From assembly GCF_963921235.1 (NCBI RefSeq), contig NC_086108.1, positions 117,740,001 to 117,804,000 on the forward strand: a DNA stretch of 64,000 nt. The letters run 5' to 3'. This document shows, piece by piece, positions 11,540 to 24,617 of the stretch. Under the pieces are notes generated by a model. That model made no database searches. It was not told the origin of the DNA and worked only from the letters and a program-made list of their open reading frames with translations. The DNA is from Mobula hypostoma (lineage: Eukaryota). Numbering within the stretch: the first letter of the stretch is position 1; each line of letters opens with the position of its first letter. The position numbers and the translations under genes were made by a program.

Positions 11540-14060
11540 GTAAGGTTGTAATAATAGGTGTTTTTAACTTTCCATATATCGTCTGGGATTCCCATACTAT
11601 AAAGGGGCTGGATGAAACAGTGTTTGTCAATTACATTCAGGAAATTTTCCTTCATCAGTATATAGAAGTCCCAACTGGAGAGAGTGTGATACTAGATCTC
11701 CTATTAGGGAAATGAGACAAGGCAGGCAACAGAAGTTTGTGTAGGGGAACTTGTTGCATCTACGGATCATAATGCCATTAGTTTCAAGGTAATTATGGAA
11801 CAGGATAGGTCTGGTCCATGGGTTGAAATTCTAAATTTGAGAAATGATCATTTTCATGGTATCAGAAATCATTTGACAAATGCAGATTGGGACAGATTGT
11901 TTTCTGGCAAGTGGAAAGCCTTCAAAAGTGGAATTAGACCATAAGACATAGGAGCAGAATTAGCAGAATGTGGCAACAAATTTTGAGAGTACAGAGTTTG
12001 TATGTCCTTATCAGAATAAACAGCAAGGATAAGGGGATTCTAGGACCAGAGGACACAGGCTCAGGATAGAGGGATATCCAATTAGAATGGAGATGAGGAA
12101 GAATTTGTTTAGTCAGAGAGTGGTGAATCTATGGAATTCATTGTGGAATCTGTGGAGGCCAAGTTACTGGGTATATTTAAGGCAGAGGTTGATATATTCT
12201 TGATTAGTCAGGGTATGAAGGGGAACAGGGAGAAGGCAGGAGGTTGGGGCTGACAGGGAAATGGATTAGCCATGATGAAATGGCAGAGCAGACCCAATGG
12301 GTCATATGCCCTAATTCTGCTTTTATATCTTAAGGTCTTATAATAAGTTTATGGAACCTTGGTTTTCAAGAGATACTGTGGCCCTAGTTAAGAAAAAGAA
12401 GGAGGTGCATTGCAGGTAAAGGCAAGTAGGAACAAATGAGGTTCTTGCGGTGTATAAGAAATGCAAGAGGACACTTAAAAAGGAAATCTGGAGGACTGAA
12501 AGAAGACATGAGGTTGCTCTAGCAGACAAAGAAAAGGAGAAAGCCAAGGGTTTCAACAGATATATTAGGAGCAAAAAGATAGCAAGAAACAAAAAACTTT
12601 TGTAAGTTATTCTAAGGGACTGGATATATAAGTATTTGGATAGACAGGGACTGATTAGAGATAGTCAACATGGCTTTATGTGTGGGAAGTCATGTCTAAC
12701 CAACCTTATATATTTTTTGGAGGAAGTTACCGGGAAAGAGGATGAAAGTAAGGTTATAAATATTGTCTACATGGTCTTTAGCAAGGCCTTTGACGATATC
12801 CTCCATGGGTGTTTGTCAAGAAGGTTCAGTCACTTGGCATTGATGATGAGGTAGTAAATTGGATTAGACATCGGCTTTGCGGGAGAAGCCAGAGAGTGGT
12901 TGTAAATGGTAATTTCTCTGATTTCTCTGTGACTAGTGATGTGTCACAGACATCGGTGCTTGGTTTGTTGTTGTTTGCCATCTTTGTCTACGATCTGGAT
13001 AATAATGTGGTAAACACAAAATAATCTGCAGATGCTGGGGTCAAAGCAACACTCACAACACGCTGGAGGAACTCAGCAGGTCGGGCAGCTTCTGTGGAAG
13101 CGTCGACTGATCGTTTCCATGGATGCTGCCCAACCTGCTGAGTTCCTTCAGTGTGTTGTGAGTGTTGATAATGTGGTAAACTGGATCGGCAAATTTGCAG
13201 ATGATACCAAGATCGGGGGTGTGGTGGAGAGCGAGGAGGGCTATCATGTTTGCAGTGGGATCTGGACCAGCTGGCAAAATGGGCTGAGAAATGGCAGATG
13301 AAATTTAATAGAGGCAAGTGTGAGGTGTTGCACTTTAGGAGGACCAACCAGGGTAGGTATCACTTGATGAAGGATAGGGCACCGAGGAGTGCGGTAGAAC
13401 AGAGGGATCTGGGAATACAGATCCATAATTCATTAAAATTGGTGTCACAGGTACATGGGGTCGTAATGGAAGCTTTGGCTCATTGGCCTTCATAAATCAA
13501 TCAAGAGTTGAGATGTTGAAATTGTATAAGAATTTAGTGAGGCCTAATTGGTCTAGTTTTGGTCACCTAACTGCAGGAAAGATGTAAATAAGATTGAAAA
13601 AGCATAGAGAAAATTTACAAGGATTTGCTAGGACTTGAAACCTGAGTTATAGGGAAAAATGGAATTGACTTACACTTTATTCCCTAAAGCATAAGAGATT
13701 GAGGAGAGATTTGATAAGGGTATACAAAATTATGAGGGGTATAGATAGAGTAGATGGTTTTTCCAATGTTTGGGTGAGACTACAACCAGAGGTCATGGTT
13801 TAAGGGTGAAAGGTGGAATGTTTCAGGGGAACATGAGGAGAAAGTTCTTCTTTCAGAGAGAGGTGAGAGCATTGAATGAGTTGCAAGCGCAAATGATGAT
13901 TGCGGAGTTGACTTGAACGTGTAAGAGAAATTTGGATAGGTACATGGGTGCGAGGGGTGTGGAGGGCTGTAGTCCAGGTGCAGGTTGATGGGACTAAGCA
14001 GATTAATGGTTTGGCACAGACTAGATGGGCTGAAAGGCCTGTTACTGTGCTGTAGTGTTG
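11540..14060 (+). mobile_element. Degraded CR1 (second subfamily) with nested fragments
   Basis: SQHGFMCGKSCLTNL, KFADDTKIGG, WAEKWQMKFN; 3' UTR ending GGCCTGTTACTGTGCTGTA. Confidence 0.8.
13016..13167. mobile_element. Miniature fold-back PLE-terminus insertion (152 bp) with 14-bp TSD
   Basis: TSD ATAATGTGGTAAAC at 13002-13015 and 13168-13181; imperfect 56-bp inverted arms 13047-13102 / 13112-13167; TCTGCAGATGCTGG terminus as in the other PLEs. Confidence 0.85.
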
Positions 14061-14726
14061 AATGAAAAAAAAATAAGCCGTGCAATTCAATAGGATTTAT
14101 TTACTGTAGCCAGTGATTCATCATTCAGCATGGTTGCCCGCCGCAGTTTTTCTCTCTATAGTATGGATTCAGAAGCAGCTGATGGATTCCACAATAACAT
14201 TTCACAACCCAGAAATTTATATCAGATAGCATGATTTCAGATCAGACATTAAAAAGTAATTTAGAATCACAAAATCTCAACATCAATATTCCACAACATG
14301 GGTCATCTGCATGTCAATATTTCACAAACTAGACAGGATATGCCAGAGTTGAATTTCACTCGGTGTAAATGGTGTGACTGACGAACGAGTTTTTAAATCA
14401 CTCAGTGTGATTTCACCATCTAGTCAATAAATAGCTGAGAGGCTAATCTCACAATTCAAACCACATATGTCTTTCTGGTTTCTGTCCATCACAGCATAAA
14501 CTCACAGTAAAAAGGCTCATATTCCACAGGGTAGCCTCACAGTTCACATATTACTGCCACACAAAGAGGTATTACAACCCAGACACCAGCATGTGACAGG
14601 CATTAATACCTCTGCAACTAGTCCCTCAAATGCTTATTTCACTGTCCATCTGCACTACATTCTGCCCACTGATTGTTACTTATCCTCCCTGGGGATGTTT
14701 GCTATATTGATGTTGTTGTTGTGCAG

Positions 14727-14822
14727 GAATATGCAAGGCGAGCCAACAATGGGAAGTTCACCTTGAGAGATCTGTTGGTGGTGCCCATGCAAAGAGTTCT
14801 CAAGTACCACCTCCTGCTTCAG
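14727..14822 (+). CDS. VAV3: VAV3-like coding exon (DH domain), EYARRANNGKFTLRDLLVVPMQRVLKYHLLLQ
   Basis: TGCAG acceptor, GTAAGT donor, 96 bp, phase 0-0. Carries the Dbl-homology signature LLVVPMQRVLKYHLLL; ANNGKFTLRDLL matches VAV3. Confidence 0.95.
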
Positions 14823-14989
14823 GTAAGTTACAGAATGGCCACCCAACCAATGTGCAGACTGCTTGCATACCGATGCACCAACCATTCAATGTCCCACATA
14901 CCCACGCACCGTCACACTCACCGTCTCACACACCCGTGCACATCCCCATTCACCATCCCAAACACTCATGTGCTGACATGCTCACTGTC

Positions 14990-17900
14990 TATAAGACCAG
15001 AAGATATAGGAGCAGAATTTGGCCTTTCAGCCCATCAAGACTGCTCTGGCATTCCATCATGGCTGATCCCAGATACCACTGAACTCTATACACCTGCCTT
15101 CTGGCCATATCCTTTGATGCCGTGACTGATTAGGAAACAATCAACTTCTGCCTTAAATATACCCAAGGACTTGGCCTCTGCTGCAGTCTGTGGCAGAGCA
15201 TTCCACAGATTCACTACTCACGGGCTAAAAAAATTCCTCCTTATCTCTGTTCTAAAAGGTCACCCCTCAATTTTGAGGCCGTGCCCTCCAGTTCTGCAAA
15301 CCCCCACCATAGGAAACATTCTCTCCACATCCACCTTACCTAATCCTTTCAACATTCAGTAGTACTCCATCACCTCATCCTTAACAATTGACTCTAACAT
15401 CTTCCCAACCACTGAGGTCAGGCTAACCGGTCTATAATTTCCTTTCTGCTGCCTTCCTCCTTTCTTTGAGTGGAGTGATATTTGCAATTTTCCAGTCCTC
15501 TGGCACCACGTCAGAGTCCAATGATTTTTGAAAGATCATTTCTAATGCCACCACAATCTCTAACACTACCCCTTTCCAAACCCCCATATTTGATCTTTTC
15601 CCTTCTTATAGCTTTTTAGTTGCCTTTTGTTGGATTTTAAATGCTTGCCAATCATCCAAATTTCCACTCACTTTTGCTACCTTTCCTTGGCTTTTATGCA
15701 GTCCTTAACTTTCTTTGTCAGCCATGGTGCCCACCTCTCCCTTTGGAGAACAACTTCTCCTGTGGGACATATCTATCCTGTGCCTTGTGAACTATTCCCA
15801 AAAACTTTAGTCGCCTCTGCTATGCCATCATCCCCACATGTATCCCCCTCCAATCCACCTGGGTAAACTCCTCTCTCATGCCTCTGTAATTCCCTTTATT
15901 TCATTGCGATACTGATGCATATGACTTACGTTTCTCCCCCTCAAACTGCAGTATGAATTCAATCATATTATGATCACTCTCTCCTTAGAGTTTCTTTAAC
16001 CAAGTAGGCTCAAGCCAAGCTGCTTTAAAAGGCCATCTCATAGGCATTCACAAACTCCCTCTCCTGCAATCCTACACCAACCTGATTTTCTCAATCCCCT
16101 TACATATTGAAGTTCCCCATTACAATTTTATCATTACCCTTATAGAACATAGAACACAGAAATCTACAGCACATTACAGGTCCTTGTGCCTACAATGTTG
16201 TGCCGACCATGTAACCTATTCTAGAAACTGCCTAGTATTACCCTACCACATGGCTCTATGTTTTTCTAAACTCCATGTACCTATCTAACAGAATCTGTTG
16301 TGTCCGCATCCACCACCGTCGCCAGCAGTGCATTCCACGCACTGACCACTCTCTGTGTGAAAAAATTGCCCCTGACTTTCCCTCTGTACCTACCTAGAAG
16401 TACCTTAAAACTATGCCCTCTTACATGCTTTTTCCAGCTGTCCTTGCAAGCTCAATTCAAAAATAATTTCAATTCAATTCAATCCCATATCTTGGCTACT
16501 ATATGGAGGCCAATATATGATTCCCATAATGGCTTTTTCACCCCTGCAATTTCTTAACTCCACCCACAGAGATTCAACATTCTCTGACCTTATGTCACCT
16601 CTTTCTATAGATGTAATTCCATCTCTTACCAACAGAGCCACACCACAGCCTATGCCTTCCTCCCTGACCTTTCAATATAAAGTATATGTTAAGCTCCCAA
16701 CTTTCAGCCATGACTCAGTGATGCCCACAACGTCATACCTACCAATCTTTAATTGCGTACACCTTATTTCGAATGCTACTCATCTTCAGTGCTACATTCT
16801 TTGCCTTTTGAATTTTGCTCTGTCTACATTTGTACCCAATCACTGGCCTGTCCTCCCTTACCTTTGTGTTACACCCATCATCTACTTGTAAACCTGCTGG
16901 CTCATCCTCAGCTCTATCATCCTGGTTTCCATATCCCTGCCATATCAGTTTAAATCAATCCCAAAAGCTCTAGTAAATCTGCCTGCAAGAATATTGGTCC
17001 TCCTCGGATTCAAGTGCAACCCGTCCCTTTTGTACAGGTCCTACCTGCCCCAGAAAAAGCCAGTTATCCAGAAATCTGAATCCCCACTCTGTGCTCCAAT
17101 TCCTCAGCCACGCATTTATCTGCCACCTCATTCTTTTCCTATCCTCACTGTCACATGCCACAGGCAGCAATCCCAGCATTACTGCCCTTGAGGTCCTGCT
17201 TCTCAGCTTCCTTCCTAATACCATATATTCTTTTTTCAGGATCTCCTCCCTTTTTATTCCTTTGACATTGGTACCAATGTGTACCATGACTTCTGCCTGC
17301 TCCACCCCACCTTTTCAGGATATTGTAGATGCATCCTGAAAGATTTTTGCCACTGGTACCTGGGAGGCAAACTACTCTCCATGATTCCTTTTTGCATCCA
17401 CAGGGTCACCTATGTGTCCCCCTGACTATAGAGTCCCCTCTTGCTGCTGCCTCCTCTTGAGTTCCCTATCCTTGTGAGCCACAGGGCCAGATTCAGTGCC
17501 AGAGACACGGGCACTGTTGCTTTCCCCAGGTAGGTCGATCTCCCCCCCACCCCAACAGTACTCAAAATGGAATACTTATTGTTGAGGGGGATGGCCACAG
17601 GAGTACTCTCCACTATCTGATGTTCTCCCTTCCCTCTCCTGACAGTCATCCATTTACCTGACTCCTTGGGTATCCTTAGGGTCACTACCTGCCTGTAACT
17701 CCTGTCTATCACCGTTTCCCTTTCCCTAACGAGCTGCAGCTCCAGTTCCCTAACATGGTCCCTAAGCAGCTGCATCTCAATTCACCTGGTGCAGCTGTGG
17801 CCATTGGGGAGGGTGGTAGTCTCCTGGAAATCCCACATCTGACACCTAGAACAGAACACTGGCTCTGTAGACATGCCCCCTATTTTCTCAAGAGTTAAGT

Positions 17901-18000
17901 TAGAAAAAGAAATAAGAAGTAAGAAATGAACTTCTTACCTTGCCTTCGCCTGTTCTCACCGAAGCCTTGTTGAGCCAAAGCCCCATTACTCTGACTCAGA
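14990..18000 (-). mobile_element. Degraded CR1 mosaic including ORF1 remnants
   Basis: Tail at about 14990; VHIGTN (SGNH block III) and LQLLRDHVRELELQL coiled-coil remnants on the minus strand; nested 3' fragment at about 16143. Confidence 0.75.
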
Positions 18001-18559
18001 CTACTCCGATAATGACTGCTCCACTAGATGGTACCCCTCTTTTACAGAGTCTGGGCTTTTTAGGCTCTTCACTGGACTTGTGTGGGAACACTTTGTTGCA
18101 TCTATGCAGTAGTCCAATCAATGACTTCTGTCGAAAACGCCTTTGCTTGATCTGCGCATGGAATATTTCTGTTGCGTCTGCACAGTATTCCAATCAACAA
18201 AGCAATGTTCTATGTAGCAAACAAAAGCACAGGCAGAGCAGAGGCCTGTACAGATGCCTGTGGCTGCTTGCTGGATTTGCAGAAAGTGACTGGAGACAAG
18301 AGAAGTTGTTCATGGTTAAATAGCATCTACGGAGAGAGAAATCAGCAAGTGTCTAGACTAGGGGTTTCCCTTCCTGGGGTCCATTAATGGTGTTGGTCCA
18401 TAACATAAAAAAGGTTGGGAATACCTGGTCTAGACTCTTCATCCAAGGTTCTACGCTCTGTACAGAGAATCTTCTTGGTCAGCTTGTTTCTGGTGCATTA
18501 AGAAAGATGGCATTACTAAATGTAATAGGTAGAACAGATGAGGAGAATCAGTGGATGTG

Positions 18560-19290
18560 ATGTACATAGAACACAGATCAATACAAACCCTTTGCACAAC
18601 GTATTAAAACTACTCCACAATCAATCTAATGCTTCTCTCCTGCACAGCTCAACCCTCTATATTTACAATTATATGCCCATCTAAGTCTCTTAAATGCCTT
18701 TATTGTCTCATTTTCTACCTGACAGTACGTTCCAGGCACCAACCGCTCTCTGTTTTAAAAAAAACACCTTTGACCTATCCCCTGAAACTTTCTCCACTCA
18801 TCTTACTCACCTTAAACAGAAGTCTTCTGGTGGCCATTGCCACCTTAGGAAATAGTCTCTTGCCTCTCGTAATCTTATATGCCTCTATCAAGACACCCTT
18901 CATCCTCCTTCGCTCTAGAGAGAAAGGTCCTAGCTTGCTCAGCCTGTCCTCATATGACATGCTCTCTACTCCAGGCAGCGTCTTGGTAAATCTCTGCGCC
19001 CGCTCTAAAGCTTCCACATCGTTTTTATAATGAGGCCACCAGAACTGAACAGAATATTCCAAGTGTGGTCTAACCAGAGTTTTAAAGAGCTGCAACATTA
19101 CCTTGTGGATCTTGAACTCAATACCTCAACCAATGAAGAACAACACACCATATCCCTTTTTAACCGTGCTATCAACTTGTACTTTGAGGAATCTATGAAT
19201 TGGACCCCAAGATCCCTCTGTTTTTCCACGCTGGTAAAAATCTATCCATTAACATTGTACTCTGTCTTCAAGTTCAACTTGCAGAAGGAT
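18560..19290 (-). mobile_element. CR1 3' fragment
   Basis: LVRPHLEYSVQFWWPHYKNDVEALERAQR on the minus strand. Confidence 0.8.
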
Positions 19291-19473
19291 TAGGCCACAG
19301 GTGTATGATTGGATCAAGTTGAAACACATGGTGTAATATTTTGTCATAGATTGAAAACTCGTTGAATGGAAATAAAAACAACAGGAATTCTGCAGATGCT
19401 GGAAATTCAAGCAACACACATCAAAATTGCTGGTGAACGCAGCAGGCCAGGCAGCATCTCTAGGAAGAGGTAC

Positions 19474-19509
19474 AGTCGACGTTTCAGGCCGAGACCCTTC
19501 GTCAGGACT
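19474..19509 (-). ncRNA. Minimal hammerhead ribozyme motif (PLE terminus)
   Basis: Minus strand AGTC-CTGACGA-AGG GTCTCGG CCT-GAAAC-GTC-GACT: CUGANGA and GAAA cores, helix I AGTC/GACT, short helix II, palindromic ACGT in place of helix III, GUC cleavage triplet. Confidence 0.8.
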
Positions 19510-20638
19510 AACTGAAGGAAGAACTAGTAAGAGATTTGAAAGTTGGAGGGGGAGGGGGAGATCCAAAATGATAGGAGAAGACAGGAGGGGGAGGGATGGA
19601 GCCAAGAGCTGGACAGGTGATTGGCAAAGGGGATATGAGAGGATTATGGGACAGGAGGCCCGGGAAGAAAGACAAGGGGGGGGAACCCAGACGATGGGCA
19701 AGGGGTATATTCAGAGGGACAGCGGGAGAAGGAGAGTGAGAGAAAGAATGTCTGTACAAAAATAAATAACAGATGGGGTACGAGGGGGAGGTGGGGCATT
19801 AGCGGAAGTTAGAGAAGTCGATGTTCATGCCATCAGGTTGGAGGCTACCCAGACGGAATATAAGGTGTTGTTCCTCCAACCTGAGTGTGGCTTCATCTTT
19901 ACAGTAGAGGAGGCTGTGGATAGACATGTCAGAATGGGAATGGGATGTGGAATTAAAATGTGTGGCCACTGGGAGATCCTGCTTTCTCTGGCGGACAGAG
20001 CGTAGGTGTTCAGCAAAGCGGTCTCCCAGTCTGCGTCGGGTCTCGCCAATATATAAAAGGCCACATCGGGAGCACCGGGAGCCTTTTATATATTGGCGAG
20101 ACCCGACACAGACTGGGAGACGGCTTTGCTGAACACCTACGCTCTGTCCGCCAGAGAAAGCAGGATCTCCCAGTGGCCACACATTTTAATTCCACATCCC
20201 ATTCCCATTCTGACATGTCTATCCACGGCCTCCTCTACTGTAAAGATGAAGCCACACTCAGGTTGGAGGAACAACACCTTATATTCCGTCTGGGTAGCCT
20301 CCAACCTGATGGCATGAACATCGACTTCTCTAACTTCCGCTAATGCCCCACCTCCCCCTCGTACCCCATCTGTTATTTATTTTTATACACACATTCTTTC
20401 TCTCACTCTCCTTCTTCTCCCTCTGTCCCTCTGAATATACCCCTTGCCCATCCTCTGGGTTCCCCCCTGCCCTTGTCTTTCTTCCCGGACCTCCTGTCCC
20501 ATGATCCTCTCGTATCCCTTTTGCCAATCACCTGTCCGGCTCTTGGCTCCATCCCTCCCCCTCCTGTCTTCTCCTATCATTTTGGATCTCCCCCTCCCCC
20601 TCCAACTTTCAAATCTCTTACTCACTCTTCCTTCAGTT

Positions 20639-20674
20639 AGTCCTGACGAAGGGTCTCGGCCTGAAACGTCGAAT
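20639..20674 (+). ncRNA. Minimal hammerhead ribozyme motif with helix I mismatch
   Basis: AGTC-CTGACGA-AGGGTCTCGGCCT-GAAAC-GTC-GAAT (GACT changed to GAAT). Confidence 0.72.
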
Positions 20675-21198
20675 GTACCTCTTCCTAGAGATGCTGCCTG
20701 GCCTGCTGCGTTCACCAGCAACTTTGATGTGTGTTGCTTGAGTGGAAATAAATTTAGAGTGAAGAGCTCTGTTGACAGGTGGTGGGCAGAAAGCAATTGG
20801 GAGCTGCAGGGATCCCACTCTTCATAAGTTATATGAATGAGCTGGATGAGAGAATGAATTGTAAGTTTGCAGATGACAGGAATACAATTGATGTGTTGGG
20901 GCTGGGGTGAGGTGAGGTGGGGATGGTATGAAGCAGAGTTCTGAGGAGTTGGAGGTTGCCAAGAAGTTTTAATGTGATTGAGACAAAAGGGGTGAATGAG
21001 TATGTGCATGGCAGATGTAACTTGTAGATGCAAATGTGAGATTACTTATGGTAAATCTGGGAAATGGATTCTCAGAATGGTGATAGATTGGGAAAATGGA
21101 AGATACAGCAAGACTGATTGGCTAAGTTTTCGGGGAGAGTAGCCTGGGTGAACTCCAGTATCCAATCAGGTGTTTAACCCACATCTCTAATGTTGCAG

Positions 21199-21267
21199 GA
21201 ACTGGCGAAACAAACCACTGAGAGACAAGAAAAGGTCAATCTGCGCCTGGCACTGGATGCCATGAAG
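21199..21267 (+). CDS. VAV3: VAV3-like coding exon (DH domain), ELAKQTTERQEKVNLRLALDAMK
   Basis: TTGCAG acceptor, GTGAGA donor, 69 bp, phase 0-0. Not in the ORF track; found by reading. Matches the VAV3 segment ELVKHT...EKANLKLALDAMK. Confidence 0.93.
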
Positions 21268-21294
21268 GTGAGAGAATGATGAAGGGAGGAGCCT

Positions 21295-21798
21295 CTGAAT
21301 CAGAACTGTGTCTTCGAGCACAGAGCCCGTACTGAATCAGAACTGTGTCTTCGAGCACAGAGCCCGTACTGAATCAGAACTGTGTCTTCGAGCACAGAGC
21401 CCATACTGAATCAGAACTGTGTCTTCGAGCACAGAGCCCGTACTGAATCAGAACTGTGTCTTCGAGCACAGAGCCCGTACTGAATCAGAACTGTGTCTTC
21501 GAGCACAGAGCCCGTACTGAATCAGAACTGTGTCTTCGAGCACAGAGTCCGTACTGAATCAGAACTGTGTCTTCGAGCACAGAGCCGGTACTGAATCAGA
21601 TCAGGGTCTTTGGGTACATAACCACAGATCGCATACTACAGCACAACTGGATCTTTGCGCACAGAGCCTGTACTAAAGCACAATTGGGTCTTTAGGCAGA
21701 ACCCATGAGCCCCTACTATTTGGGTACAGAACTACAGAGCACATGCTAAAGCACAATTGGGGCACAAAGCCTGTACTAAAGCACAAATGGGTCTTTGG
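21295..21798. repeat. 37-bp minisatellite (8 near-perfect copies 21295-21590, then degenerate copies)
   Basis: Unit CTGAATCAGAACTGTGTCTTCGAGCACAGAGCCCGTA at exact 37-bp period, starting 27 bp after the exon donor; degenerate continuation at 27745-28085. Confidence 0.95.
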
Positions 21799-24617
21799 TG
21801 CACGACATCCTGGTACAAGAGGGAAAGCAATCAGAAGTCGTGATACGTGTTGGGACCAACGACATAGGCAGGAAGAAGGATGAGGTCCTGAAGTGTGAGT
21901 TTCGGGAACTTGGCAGAAGGCTGAAGAACAGGACCTCAAGGGTGACGTTCTCAGGATTGCTGCCAGTGGTACATGACAGAGATGGTAAGAATTGGAGGAG
22001 ATGGCAGTTGAATGCGTGGCTGAGGAGTTGGTGCAGGGAGCAGCGTTTTAGATTTTTAGATCATTGGGATCTCTTCTGGGGAAGGTGGGACCTGTACAGA
22101 TTGGATGGGTTGCACCTGAACTCGAGGGGGAGCAATATCCTTGCAGGTAGGTTTACTAGTGTGGTTCGGGAGGGTTTAAACTAATTTTCAAGGGGGATGG
22201 GACCCAGAGCGATAGAGCAGTGAAAGAAATGCATGGAGTAAAGCCAGATCTAACATAAAGAGAGGCTTTGAGGAAAGAGAAGCAGAATAAACGATGTAAA
22301 GACAGTAAGGTAGAAGGGCTGAAATTTGTGTACCTCAATGCAAGAAGCATCAGGAACAAAGGCGATGAACTGAGAGCCTGGATACATACATGGAATTATG
22401 ATGTAGTGGCCATTACAGAGACTTGGCTGGCACCAGGGCAGGAATGGATTCTCAATATTCTTGGATTTCAGTGCTTTAAAAGGGATAGAGAGGGTGGAAA
22501 AAGGGGAGGAGGGGTGGCATTACTGGTCAAGGATACTATTACAGCCACAGAAAGGGTGGGTAATGTATGTCAATATGGGTGGAAGTCAGGAACAGGAAGG
22601 GAGCAGTTACTCTACTGGGGGTATTCTATAAGCCCCCTGGTAGCAGCAGAGATACAGAGGGGCAGATTTTGGAAAGGTGCAAAAATAACAGGGTTGTTAT
22701 CATGGGTGCCTTTAACTTCCCTAATATTGATTGGCACCTGATTAGTTCCAAGGGTTTAGATGGGGCAGAGTTTGTTAAGTGTGTCCAGGACGGATTCCTG
22801 TCACAGTATGTGGACAGGCCGACCAGGGGGAATGCCATACTAGATCTAGTACTACGTTATGAACTGGGTCAGGTCACAGATCTCTCAGTGGGTGAGCATC
22901 TGGGGGACAGTGACCACTGCTCCCTGGCCTTTAGCATTATCATAGAAAAGGATAGAATCAGAGAGGATAGGAAAATTTTTAATTGGGGAAAGGCAAATTA
23001 TGAGGCTATAAGGCTAGAACTTGCGGGTGTGAATTGGGATGATGTTTTTGCAGGGAAATGTACTATGGACATGTGGTTGATGTTTAGACATCTCTTGCAG
23101 GATGTTAAGGATAAATTTGTACCGGTGAGGAAGATAAAGAATGGTAGCGTGAAGGAACCATGGGTGACAAGTGAGGTGGAAAATCTAGTCAGGTGGAAGA
23201 AGGCAGCATACATGAGGTTTAGGAAGCAAGGATCAGATGGGTCTATTGAGGAATATAGGGAAGCAAGAAAGGAGCTTAAGAAGGGGCTGAGAAGAGCAAG
23301 AAGGGGGCATGAGAAGGCCTTGGCAAGTAGGGTAAAGGAAAACCCCAAGGCATTCTTCAATTATGTGAAGAAAAAAAGGATGACAGGAGTGAAGGTAGGA
23401 CCGATTAGAGATAAAGGTGGGAAGATGTGCCTGGTGGCTGTGGAAGTGAGTGAGGTCCTCAATGAATACGTCTCTTCGGTATTCACAAATGAGAGGGAAC
23501 TTGATGATGGTGAGGACAATATGAGTGAGTTTGATGTTCTAGAGCATGTTGATATTAAGGGAAAGGAGGTGTTGGAGTTGTTAAAATACATTAGGACAGA
23601 TAAGTCCCCGGGGCCTGACAGAATATTCCCCAGGCTGCTCCACGAGGCGAGAGAAGAGATTGCTGAGCCTCTGGCTAGGATCTTTATGTCCTCGTTGTCC
23701 ACGGGAATGGTACCGGAGGATTGGAGGGAGGCGAATGTTGTCCCCTTGTTCAAAAAGGGTAGTAGGGATAGTCCAGGTAATTATAGACCAGTGAGTCTTA
23801 CATCTGTGGTGGGAAAGCTGTTGGAAAAGATTCTTAGAGATAGGATCTATAGGCATTTAGAGAATCATGGTCTGATCAGGGACAGTCATCATGGCTTTGT
23901 GAAGGGCAGATCGTGTCTAACAAGCCTGATAGAGTTCTTTGAGGAGGTGACCAGGCATATAGATGAGGGTAGTGCAGTGGATGTGATCTATATGGATTTT
24001 AGTAAGGCATTTGACAAGGTTCCACACGGTAGGCTTATTCAGAAAGTTAGAAGGCATGGGATCCATGGAAGTTTGGCCAGGTGGATTCAGAATTGGCTTG
24101 CCTGCAGAAGGCAGAGGGTGGTGATGGAGGGAGTTCATTCAGATTGGATGATTGTGACCAGTGGTGTCCCACAAGGATCTGTTCTGGGACCTCTACTTTC
24201 CGTGATTTTTATTAACGACCTGGATATGGGAGTAGAAGGGTGGGTTGGCAAGTTTGCAGACGACACAAAGGTTGGTGGTGTTGTAGATAGTGTAGAGGAT
24301 TGTCAAAGATTGCAGAGAGACATTGATTGGATGCAGAAGTGGGCTGAGAAGTGGCAGATGGAGTTCAACCCAGAGAAGTGTGAGGTGGTACACTTTGGAA
24401 GGACAAACTCCAAGGCAGAGTACAAAGTAAATGGCAGGATACTTGGTAGTGTGGAGGAGCAGAGGGATCTGGGGGTACATGTCCACAGATCCCTGAAAGT
24501 TGCCTCACAGGTGGATAGGGTAGTTAAGAAAGCTTATGGGATGTTAGCTTTCATAAGTCGAGGGATAAAATTTAAGAGTCACGATGTAATGATGCAGCTC
24601 TATAAAACTCTGGTTAG
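21799..24617 (+). mobile_element. Young CR1 (family A), 5'-truncated in ORF1; ORF2 largely open; interrupted at 24617
   Basis: ORF1 esterase (VGTNDIG...DGLHLN); 688-aa open EN/RT frame with [10 protein letters not shown] and FADD; TGCAC microhomology at the 5' junction with the minisatellite. Confidence 0.95.

Larger units (their letters stand above)
19377..20741. mobile_element. Palindromic Penelope-like element insertion (two inverted 3' ends with GIY-YIG endonuclease C-terminus)
   Basis: Arms 19407-20061 and 20081-20741, 19-nt spacer. Both encode LYIGETR.RLGD.FAEH...VATHFN...EEQHLIFRLGSLQPDGMN. Flanking duplication TTGA(A/G)TGGAAATAAA at 19362-19376 / 20738-20752. Confidence 0.92.

Noticed and set aside
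14673..15125. 150-aa ORF as a standalone gene (likewise 6729-7073, 55671-55874, 59462-59926)
   Set aside because: Only the internal splice-bounded segments match VAV3; the rest is intronic read-through.
19799..20343. Bidirectional overlapping 127-aa nuclease genes
   Set aside because: Mirror ORFs produced by the palindrome; the N-termini are antisense sequence and the GIY half of the domain is missing.
21295..21600. 37-bp repeat array resembling CRISPR repeats in length
   Set aside because: Units are head-to-tail with no unique spacers, there are no cas genes, and the context is a vertebrate intron; it is a minisatellite.
22626..24486. Recurrent antisense ORFs in CR1 copies (also 42126-43995, 47343-47934)
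   Set aside because: Shadow frames of ORF2; they recur only because the copies are near-identical.
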